A stretch of 64,000 bases of DNA, from assembly GCF_031769215.1 (NCBI RefSeq), contig NW_026782148.1, positions 186,001-250,000 of the forward strand, written 5' to 3'. The translations under genes were made by a program, and so were the position numbers. Below, piece after piece: positions 28,102 through 39,200 of this stretch. Position 1 is the first letter of the stretch; each line of letters opens with the position of its first letter. Source of the DNA: Ylistrum balloti (Eukaryota). A model generated the notes under the pieces. That model was not told where the DNA came from. It saw nothing but the letters and a program-made list of their open reading frames with translations, and searched no databases.

Positions 28102-29652
28102 CTGCAAATGAAAAAAATGGGTTCATTTTCAAAACTTGGCTTACTGCAAGTCAAGATTGTATTTCTTTCTCCTATTTCAATACCTTTAATTAACAACGAA
28201 AATACTACACGTTAAAATTGACTGAATTCGAAACCAATCAATAAATATTTTCTTTACCTTTTTTCGTCTGTATACACTTACCTTTCCTACTGGCATATGC
28301 TTTATGGTCATTGGTAAATTGTTCAGGAGGAGGGAAGCTACTTTCATCGTGAAATGGAAATCTGGACTCCAGATCAGAGGCTGTAAACAACAAAATACGT
28401 CACCAATTAAACATCAGTGTATGTGGTTATCAACAGTGCTATTTCGACATACACTTTTACTGTGACGATCATAAAACATGGACTGAATTAGTGTCCAAGA
28501 GGTACTCTGAAAATACCAAACTTTATTGGCTAAGTTCATCGAAATAGCCCTCCAGAACCCGAATTAAGCCGCTTTTGTACCTCAAAAGTGACAGTTTTTC
28601 AACAAGCTGTAAGAAAGCGTGATTTCAATTCCTTTGTGAAATTCGGCATAGCCAACCTATGATGTCTGGATTTCGCAGTTAGTTATATTGTTACTGTAGG
28701 TCTCGACAGGTGACGGGAGAGACTACAACAGGTTCGTTATTGAACTAAAGAACAGGTTCTGGTTGCCATAAAAATATTGATGGAAATCTTTCCTTATTAT
28801 GTATGAAGTTAAGAGGGGTTAACTACTCATTATTATCCAGGCCGTAATTTTGAGTTGCATTATTGCATACATATTCAAATTCGATCTGACAGACCTTGTT
28901 CAATTCTTTGCCAGTTCCGGAAGAATACCAAGAAAGACTATACATGTTCTTTGAGAAGGATGGACTGACGGGCATTGTGGCATTGAGCGGCGTCTTTCGT
29001 CTGAACGTCAATTTCTTTTCATAAAATCACATCTAGTCATGAACGACTGGGTGGGTTTTCGACTATATGTTGCTAGAAACATCTTTGGGCGAGGATAAAC
29101 GAGGCCTGAGGGACGGGGCCCAATATGTGAAATAAAGGAGTAGCTTTAAACTACGTATTTTCACCTGATTTTAGCCGCAGTATTTATTGGTGTGGAAAGG
29201 GTATCGATTATATATAGAGAGAGAGATTTTCGGCCCCATAAGGCCAGTGGGAAGAGGTCCATTTGGCATATAACACATTCTTTGCAATTCTTCTGATGAT
29301 GTTTTGGTCGGAAGTATCTTTGGGGTAAGAGGGAACCAATTTCATACAATATGGAGGGTCTCGGTCCGTGGCACTAAAGGGACAGGGTGTAATATGTTGA
29401 ATAGACGACTGGGCTTAAATGTGATTAACATCCATTTTCTTAAAAACCCTTCCAATGCAGAAATTACATGTTTTTGTCCAAAATTTGGTTTGCTGCATCC
29501 CAGGCCCTAGAAAAGGACTTTTGAGATAACCCCTCCAAAATGTAACTGTTAATCATGCATCTCTGTACACATTGAAAATTATAACGAAAAAAAGATAATA
29601 ATTCTAAAATACATGTACAATATAGGTAAACATAATTATACCTACATAGCAG

Positions 29653-29686
<34 letters not shown>

Positions 29687-32600
29687 ACAATGGTAGCATT
29701 GGAAGTTTAATGTTGTCTGCAGGATCATATCGTTAACAAGTGAAGGTGGAGACAGAACAATGCCCCACTGTTTGTCTGGTCTGTTGTTCTTATACCCCCT
29801 AGATATCGCGATATAAGTTTTCTGATACATCCAAGTTCACAGGTGTGACGTCATAGCAGATATTGTATGTTAAGATAAAAATAAGATCTTATCGGATATA
29901 TTGAAGTTGATTGTTGTTTCTTCCTGTCAAAACATTGTCCTTAAAGAGACGATCTCGGAGACAACTTAAGTAAGGGATATTCCAGTGCGTTAAGCTACAC
30001 GGAAATATTCAACATTTTTAAGAGATACAGCTTTTTCTATGATGAACTACTGAAACTTTTTAAAGACCAATCCAGCTACTTTGATGAACTGTTGAATCTT
30101 TAGAGAGACACAGCATCCTACTTTGATGAGCTACTGGACTTTATGAGAGACACAGCTTCCTACCTTGATGAACTACTAGACTTTAAGAGAGACACGGCTA
30201 CCTACTTTGATGAACTACTGGACTTTAGGAGAGACACAGCATCCTACTTTGATGAACTACTGGACTTTAGAGAGACACAGCATCCTACTTTGATGAACTA
30301 CTAGACTTTAGGAGAGACACAGCATCCTACTTTGATGAACTACTGGTCTTTAGAGAGACACAGCATCCTACTTTGATGAACTACTAGACTTTAGGAGAGA
30401 CACAGCTTCCTACTTTGATGAGCTACTAGACTTTATGAGAGACACAGCTTCCTACTTTGATGAACAACTAGACTTTAAGAGAGACACAGCATCCTACTTT
30501 GATGAACTACTAGACTTTATGAGAGACACAGCATCCTACTTTGATGAACTACTGGACTTTAGGAGAGACACAGCATCCTACTTTGATGAACTACTGGACT
30601 TTAGGAGAGACACGGCTACCTACTTTGATGAGCTACTAGACTTTATGAGAGACACAGCATCCTACTTTGATGAACAACTAGACTTTAGGAGAGACACGGC
30701 TACCTACCTTGATGAACTACTAGACTTTAGGAGAGACACAGCTTCCTACTTTGATGAACTACTGGACTTTAGGAGAGACACAGCATCCTACTTTGATGAA
30801 CTACTGGACTTTAGAGAGACACGGCATCCTACTTTGATGAACTACTAGATTTTAGGAGAGACACAGCATCCTACTTTGATGAACTACTGGACTTTAGGAG
30901 AGACACGGCTACCTACTTTGATGAGCTACTAGACTTTAGAAGAGACACAGCTTCCTACCTTGATGAACAACTAGACTTTAGGAGAGACACAGCTCCATAC
31001 TGTGATGAACTACTGGACTTTAGGAGAGACACAGCATCCTACTTTGATGAACTACTAGACTTTAGAAGAGACACAGCATCCTACTTTGATGAACTACTGG
31101 ACTTTAGGAGAGACACGGCTACCTACTTTGATGAACAACTAGACTTTATGAGAGACACAGCTTCCTACTTTGATGAACAACTAGACTTTATGAGAGACAC
31201 GGCTACCTACCTTGATGAACAACTAGACATTAAGAGAGACACAGCTTCCTACTTTGATGAACTACTAGACTTTAGGAGAGACACAGCTCCATACTGTGAT
31301 GAACTACTGGACTTTATGAGAGACACAGCTTCCTACTTTGATGAACTACTAGACTTTAGGAGAGACACAGCTTCCTACTTTGATGAACTACTGGACATTT
31401 GGAGAGACACAGCATCCTACTTTGATGAACAATTAGACTTTAAGAGAGACACAGCATCCTACTTTGATGAACTACTGGTCTTTAGAGAGACACAGCATCC
31501 TACTTTGATGAACTACTAGACTTTAGGAGAGACACAGCTTCCTACTTTGATGAGCTACTAGACTTTATGAGAGACACAGCTTCCTACTTTGATGAACAAC
31601 TAGACTTTAAGAGAGACACAGCATCCTACTTTGATGAACTACTAGACTTTATGAGAGACACAGCATCCTACTTTGATGAACTACTGGACTTTAGGAGAGA
31701 CACAGCATCCTACTTTGATGAACTACTGGACTTTAGGAGAGACACGGCTACCTACTTTGATGAGCTACTAGACTTTATGAGAGACACAGCATCCTACTTT
31801 GATGAACAACTAGACTTTAGGAGAGACACGGCTACCTACCTTGATGAACTACTAGACTTTAGGAGAGACACAGCTTCCTACTTTGATGAACTACTGGACT
31901 TTAGGAGAGACACAGCATCCTACTTTGATGAACTACTGGACTTTAGAGAGACACGGCATCCTACTTTGATGAACTACTAGATTTTAGGAGAGACACAGCA
32001 TCCTACTTTGATGAACTACTGGACTTTAGGAGAGACACGGCTACCTACTTTGATGAGCTACTAGACTTTATGAGAGACACAGCATTCTACTTTGATGAAC
32101 TACTAGACTTTAGAAGAGACACAGCTTCCTACCTTGATGAACAACTAGACTTTAGGAGAGACACAGCTCCATACTGTGATGAACTACTGGACTTTAGGAG
32201 AGACACAGCATCCTACTTTGATGAACTACTAGACTTTAGAAGAGACACAGCATCCTACTTTGATGAACTACTGGACTTTAGGAGAGACACGGCTACCTAC
32301 TTTGATGAACAACTAGACTTTATGAGAGACACAGCTTCCTACTTTGATGAACAACTAGACTTTATGAGAGACACGGCTACCTACCTTGATGAACAACTAG
32401 ACATTAAGAGAGACACAGCTTCCTACTTTGATGAACTACTAGACTTTAGGAGAGACACAGCTCCATACTGTGATGAACTACTGGACTTTATGAGAGACAC
32501 AGCTTCCTACTTTGATGAACTACTAGACTTTAGGAGAGACACAGCTTCCTACTTTGATGAACTACTGGACATTTGGAGAGACACAGCATCCTACTTTGAT

Positions 32601-33792
32601 GAGCTACTGGACTTTAGGAGAGACACAGCTTCCTACTTTGATGAACAATTAGACTTTAAGAGAGACACAGCTTCCTACTTTGATGAACTACTAGACTTTA
32701 TGAGAGACACAGCATCCTACTTTGATGAACAACTAGACTTTAAGAGAGACAAAGCTTCCTACTTTGATGAACTACTAGACTTTAAGAGAGACACGGCTAC
32801 CTACTTTGATGAGCTACTAGACTTTATGAGAGACACAGCTCCATACTGTGATGAACTACTGGACTTTAGGAGAGACACAGCTCCCTACCTTGATGAACTA
32901 CTGGACATTTGGAGAGACACAGCTCCATACTTTGATGAGCTACTAGACTTTATGAGAGACATAGCTCCATACTGTGATGAACTACTGGACTTTAGGAGAG
33001 ACACAGCTTCCTAATTTGATGAGCTACTGGACTTTTAGAGAAACACAGTCGTAGAAACACAGCCACCAACTTATTTAAATCACTGAAACTTTATATGAGA
33101 AATTCGACCAAAGAGATGCACTACAGGAAATTTGGTGAGACTACTCCATCAACGAGGCTGAATCACTGAAAAACCAGGCTGAACTACAGAAAGTTAGACG
33201 AGACTAGACCATCAACTAGGCAGAACTATTGAGACTTTTGAAAACTAACTATGTTAAACTACTAAACAAATAATATGCGTGTATATATATATATACTTAC
33301 ATTGCCCACTTCGAGGTGATGGCAGGGCCGTAGTGGAAGGTCTTCGTGGGGGCCCTCGGCTCGGTAAAGCTGGGGGTGTGTCTAGACCACCCGTGGATGG
33401 GATCGCAGTAGTATTAGTTGGTGATCCTGTCCCTGGGTTGGATACACTATGACGCTTTGGAGGACGACTCGGTGGTGGGGGAGGGGCACTTTCTACAGTC
33501 ATTTTGCTCACTTCTGCTGGTAATGATTTTATTTTAGTCATTCCAATTTCATGATTTTCATAATTTATAACAGGTGACTTTTTATTTCTACTTGGCAACG
33601 TTTGTGCATTGTTGTATATTGAAGACTCCTCCTTCGGGGGTGTAGGTAAGGGTCTCCCAATAGCGGAACTAGTACGGTTGAGTTGCCCCCCTTTACGTAT
33701 TGGAGGAAGGTTCCCCCGGGCAGGGAGAGGCGGCGGAAGTTTGCTGGCCGACATCATGCACGTGCTAGGCATCTCACGAGAAAATCCACATC
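28061..33792 (-). CDS. WIPF: WAS/WASL-interacting protein (WIP/verprolin) family; join(complement 33301-33792,28282-28380,28061-28101)
   Basis: A Pro-rich exon (PPPLPARG, PPPPPSRP, PPALPSRG) splices in phase 1 to an exon reading SDLESRFPFHDESSFPPPEQFTNDHKAYASRK. This matches the WIP C-terminal WASP-binding domain (ESRFxFH...PPPE). The last exon reads GPKRRKSPDLPPM*. All junctions are GT-AG and phase-consistent. Confidence 0.87.
28282..28380 (-). CDS. WIPF: WIP WASP-binding-domain exon (absent from the ORF track)
   Basis: ttttgttgtttacag acceptor, G|gtaagt donor; DLESRFPFH...FPPPE. Confidence 0.92.
29281..33014 (+). pseudogene. Candidate nested antisense gene or pseudogene for a secreted 14-aa-repeat protein inside the WIP intron
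   Basis: Hydrophobic exon FAILLMMFWSEVSLG with GG|gtaaga donor (29325) is in phase with acceptor ccttaaag|A (29946) and leads into the repeat frame. Interrupted by TAG at 30101 and five 1-nt deletions. Confidence 0.42.
29655..29682. repeat. (TA)n microsatellite
   Basis: About 14 TA units. Confidence 0.95.
30020..33060 (+). repeat. 42-bp tandem array, about 70 copies, open in one frame (RDTASYFDELLDFR)
   Basis: Unit agagacacagcatcctactttgatgaactactggactttagg; five units are 41 bp; contains a higher-order duplication of about 1.13 kb. Confidence 0.98.
33301..33792 (-). CDS. WIPF: WIP proline-rich exon
   Basis: Poly-T...tag acceptor at 33793, T|gtaagt donor at 33300; 492 nt, phase 1 to phase 1. 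Confidence 0.88.
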
Positions 33793-34821
33793 CTATAAAA
33801 AAAAATGGGTTTTAGATTAGAAGATCAGTTTTGTTATGTTTGTGTGTTTACACTCTTACAAAGACAAATAAAAATATAAATTGAACCAAATCAAATAAGG
33901 TTAGATGTAATAAAAAATTACATTCCTTCCCCTACTCGTCTGATAAATCACATAAATGAATAAAGGGTGAAAACACGAACGAGATAATTGATAAATTAAA
34001 TTTCCGCGGGAAACTTTCCATCCAGTTCGTCCTCGTGTTGCGTTTGAATTACGATTTTGTTGTCGTGTCGGAATTTTCTTCTTGTTTTTGTAAAAAGAAA
34101 ACTATAATGATTGACACGATAACATTTAAAATAGAGATAAAATCGAACAATAACTAGACTTCTTGTGATAGAGATAAAGTATTGAAATTTATGTTCGTCA
34201 ATATCACTTACGAAAGTTATGTACAATATGAGAAATATCAAATATCACTAAATCATGATACAGAAATGTTTTAATTGTTATGATAGGTTGTTGTCAGTCT
34301 AGTACATTTGTAATGGTTCGCGACCTTAAATTTTCTATGAGTCATATTTCTCGAAAGTTTGCCTTAAGTCCGGTTTCAGTTGACGGCACTCGTGTGTGGT
34401 TGTGTAATGTGTGTGTATGACATCCTACATCAATCAATCATCCTATTAAAATATTTCTCACTGCGCTTAGCAATTATTCAACATCATCTCTACTGTACTT
34501 AACCATTACCCTTTTGTCGAAGTAGTGGGGCAAAATGGCCGATTCACGGACATTTTGGATTAGCAAAGTTATATAGCCTGTAAGCTATTTCCTGTATATA
34601 AATGGATCTTAAATCTAACGTGAAGCTTCCCTTTGTTGTGTCATTAAACTTAAGAGAATGACAGATAATCATATCCACATCTATATAAATTGTTACTAGG
34701 TCGATCGATTCAAACTTTATAGGTACGTTTTACTTTTTCACTAATTTTGATACTTGATTCATTCATAAGTCACACACACAAATAAAAAGCTGTAGCGAAT
34801 AAGACAAAAGTTCAAACTTAC

Positions 34822-34855
34822 GTCCACTAAGGATCGTACAATGGTGATCGAACAT
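34822..34855 (-). CDS. Candidate first coding exon of WIP (MFDHHCTILSG)
   Basis: ATG with an in-frame upstream TAA; C|gtaagt donor is phase 1, matching the 33792 acceptor; would give a 221-aa protein. Confidence 0.4.
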
Positions 34856-35251
34856 TTATCGTGGTGCAGTAAACAGTCATATTCAAATTCTAATCAGAAT
34901 TTGGTGTTCTAGTTATGAGTCTGGCCATGATGGGTGTCCTAAATTAAATACTTAATTTTCTCTCGGTAAACAATAACATAAAAACACTAATTCAGTTATA
35001 CATCTCTAATGTAAGAAGTGGTGGGCAAACTACTCGAGAGATGCATACCATGTTTTATAGTCGTTGATAATGAATGTACTTTAGAGTTTGATCCGGTTTT
35101 CCACAGATAAGTAACAGCAGATATCATGAAATATTAATCAACATTTTTGATTCTGAAGCGCACTATCAGGCAGGAAGTCAAATAGCAATCACAGCTATAT
35201 GTGTTTCAAGGGTGCAAACATTATCAACACCTGATAACAGTGAAATTAATT

Positions 35252-36490
35252 CACGATTGCGAGTTTACAGATTATAACGATACACGGAGACTGGGTTATA
35301 TTGTACTGATACACGATGGCGAGTTTATAGACTATAACGATACACGGAGGCGGGGATATATATTGTACTGATACACGATGGCGAGTTTATAGACTATAAC
35401 GATACTCGGAGACGGGATTATATATTGTACTGATACACGATGGCGAGTTTATAGATTATAACGATACACGGAGACGGGATTATATATTGTACTGATACAC
35501 GATGGCGAGTTTATATATTATAACGATACACGGAGACGGGATTATATATTGTACTGATACACGATGGCGAGTTTATAGATTATAACGATACACGGAGACG
35601 GGATTATATATTGTACTGATACACGATGGCGAGTTTATATATTATAACGATACACGGAGACGGGATTATATATTGTACTGATACACGATGGCGAGTTTAT
35701 AGGTTATAACGATACACGGAGACGGGGTTATATTGTACTGATACACGATGGCGAGTTTATAGATTATAACGATACACGGAGACGGGATTATATATTGTAC
35801 TGATACACGATGGCGAGTTTACAGATTATAACGATACACGGAGACGGGATAATATATTGTACTGATACACGATGGCGAGTTTATAGATTATAACGATACA
35901 CGGAGACGGGATTATATATTGTACTGATACACGATGGCGAGTTTGCAGATTATAACGATACACGGAGACGGGATTATATATTGTACTGATACACGATGGC
36001 GAGTTTATAGATAATAACGATACACGGAGACGGGGTTACATTGTACTGATACACGATGGCGAGTTTATAGATTATAACGATACACGAAGACGGGATTATA
36101 TATTGTACTGATACACGATGGCGAGTTTATAGATCATAACGATACGCGGAGACGGGATTATATATTGTACTGATACACGATGGCGAGTTTATAGACTATA
36201 ACGATACACGGAGACGGGATTATATATTGTACTGATACACGATGGCCAGTTTATAGACTATAACGATACACGGAGACGGGATTATATATTGTACTGATAC
36301 ACGATGGCGAGTTTATAGGTTATAACGATACACGGAGACGGAATTATATATTGTACTGATACACGATGGCGAGTTTATAGGTTATAACGATACACGGAGA
36401 CGGGATTATATTGTACTGATACACGATGGCGAGTTTGCAGATTATAACGATACACGGAGACGGGATTATATATTGTACTGATACACGATG
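35252..36490. repeat. 62-bp (2 x 31) CpG-rich minisatellite, about 20 copies
   Basis: Unit gatacacggagacgggattatatattgtact + gatacacgatggcgagtttatagattataac. Confidence 0.97.
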
Positions 36491-37344
36491 ATAAACAAAT
36501 AGGTATTCCTCGTTCCGACGTTAAACATTAAATTGTCATCTAGTAGAGACATAGATAACAGTACCACATATCGTATTTGTAAAGAAAAAAATGCTCTGTT
36601 CAAGTTGTTGTTCAGCAGAGCACATAAACGAATTGCTAGGTAAGAGATATTTACTTCATCCATTGAGCAGTGTCTTGTCTTCTACAACTACAATTATGTA
36701 TATTAAATCCAGGATAATATCTTATCATATTTATTTTCATTGTTTAGTATTTATAAATCAGGATTTGATTATCATACTTAATCATATAATGCTTTATCAA
36801 ATACTAAATGAGAAGACTAACTGAGCGTTAAGTGAACACGTGACCAGTTATCAGGTAACTGGTTACACGGGTAACTAAGGCTGCAAATCATTTAGATTAT
36901 GTGATATTGCTATGTATTTTTATATATCTGACAACGAAATAATATTGTATGATTTTTAGATATCGTGGGAATAATAATTCGAGGTTGTGATAAGTTTGGC
37001 AAGTTCACGGGAGCTATTTGAGCAACATTCGCTGGGCATTTCATTTCGCGCCATTTATATTAATATGTTTTGTATTCGCGGAACAAATTCCCAACTATAC
37101 AGGAGTTATATCTTAAATGTTTCTTATGTACGATCATGTTACTAATTACGTGCTGTGTTTGCATTGGTCCCATCTCCCTCCTTAATTATCTAATACCTAT
37201 TTACATTGTGACATGATCTATCTGCACGGCCACTGAAGTCTAGCTAAATAAATCCCATACATTTAAATTTAACTGGTGTCCTATATGTGACTTAGTCACA
37301 AGACAAGTTTCCGTCTATTTTGAAGTGTGCATGTATTACATTGA

Positions 37345-37845
37345 TGGAGAGGGTGAAGCGGGAAGGGGTGTCGGGTTAGGGTAGCAGAAGCGGGGATGGT
37401 GTGATGTTAGGGTGGGAGAAGCAGGGATGGTGTGATGTTAGGGTGGGATAAGCGGGGAGGGATGTGAGGTTAGGGCGTATGAAGCGGGAAGTGGTGTGAG
37501 GTTAGGACGGATGAAGCGGGAAGGGGTGTGAGGTTAGGACGGATAAATCGGGAAGGGGTGAGGGGTTAGGATGGATAAATCGGGAAAGGGTGTGGGGTTA
37601 GGACGGATAAAGCGAGAAGGGGTGTGAGGTTAGGGCGGATGAAGCGGTAAGGGGTGTGTGGTTAGGGCAGGAGAAGCAAGGGGAGGATGTAAGGATATGA
37701 CGGGAGAAGCGGGGAAGGTGTGAGGGTAGGGCGGGTGAAGTGGAAAAGGGTTGGGGGAGCATAGGGCGAAACAAGAGGGGGAGTGGGAAGGGGGATAGGG
37801 AAGGAGAAGCATGGGTGGAGTTGACGGGTGGTGGGAGAGTGGGGA
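37345..37845 (+). repeat. G-rich degenerate 32-bp minisatellite containing GTTAGG(G)
   Basis: Unit approximately gaagcgggaaggggtgtgaggttaggacggat (period 32 between 37481 and 37513). Confidence 0.9.
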
Positions 37846-38274
37846 AACCCATTGTTGTGTAAGCGGAAGGAACAGCACTTTGTAACGGAGAGTGGCCTTA
37901 TGATATCACGAATTATTTAATTCTTATAAATTGATTGTACCGGAACGAAATAAGTCATGGAGTGGGCGTGGAGTATCTAAAATCAACTTGAAATCTGAGG
38001 ACTCGTGTCTATCAATCATGTATACAAACTGTAATTGTAGATTTTGTAAATGTAAAGAAAGGCAATAACTGGGAATACCCGAACAGATTTTTGTATTTAT
38101 AAATGTAGGCAACATAAGGCAGTCTTAACGATTGCTCATATTTAAATTCCACAGCAGCCATCTTCTATTCTTTAAAATTTGATCAGTACCTCTTACTATC
38201 GGTACAATAGCTACTCTTACACATTGTCTACGCACGATTCTCTACACCTACAACCGTTAGACGAACGCTACCCT

Positions 38275-39200
38275 ATCTCTTCTCCACAGCCTCTCTACAC
38301 GTATCCTTCCTCATCCCCTTACTACACCTTCCTTACCCGAACTCTACCCAACAACCTCACCATATCTCCCCAATATTTACGCTCCTCTGTCTCGTCTCTA
38401 CACCTCCCAAACATTTACCCTATTCTGTCTCGTCTCTACACCTCCCCAACATTTACCCTACACTGTCTCGTCCCTACACCTCCCCTACATTTACCCTACT
38501 CTGTCTCGTCTCTACACCTCCCCAGCATTTACCCTACCTCCTCTCTACACCTCCCCAACATTTACCCTACACTGTCTCGTCCCTACACCTCATCTACATG
38601 TACCCTACTCTGTCTCCTTTCTACACCTCCCCTACACGTACCACTTCTTTGCACCACCCCTACACGTTCCCTACCCGATTACCTATCTACATCTCCCTTA
38701 TACATACCCGACCGCCTCTCTAACCCTTGCCCTACACGTACCATAACCAATCTCCTCTCTACACCTCCCCTACACATACCCTACCCGACCGCCTCCCTAA
38801 CCCTCACCCTACACGTACCATAACCAATCTCCTCTCTACACCTCCCCTACACATACCCTACCCGACCGCCTCCCTAACCCTCACCCTACACGTACCATGA
38901 CCAATCTCATCTCTACACCTCCCCTACACATACCCTACCCGACCGCCTCCCTAACCCTCACCCTACACGTACCATAACCAATCTCCTCTCTACACCTCCC
39001 CTATACATACCCTACCCGACCGCCTCCCTAACTCTCACCGTACACATACCATAACCAATCTCCTCTCTACACCTCCCCTACACATACCCTACCCGACCGC
39101 CTCCCTAACCCTCACCCTACACGTACCATGACCAATCTCATCTCTACACCTCCCCTACACATACCCTACCCGACCGCCTCCCTAACCCTCACCCTACACG
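38275..39200 (-). repeat. C-rich compound minisatellite: 38-bp units, then 77-bp units
   Basis: ctgtctcgtc recurs at 38387, 38425, 38463 and 38501; acacctcccctac has period 77 (38761, 38838); the 77-mer contains ccctaaccct. Confidence 0.95.

Noticed and set aside
28620-28810. NUMT hypothesis for the TGA-only interrupted frame
   Set aside because: Reading TGA as Trp gives no resemblance to any mitochondrially encoded protein I recognise.
37598-38823. Pro/Ser/Leu-rich ORFs, including the 214-aa ORF 38179-38823
   Set aside because: Products of C-rich tandem repeats with 38- and 77-bp periods, which are not multiples of 3.
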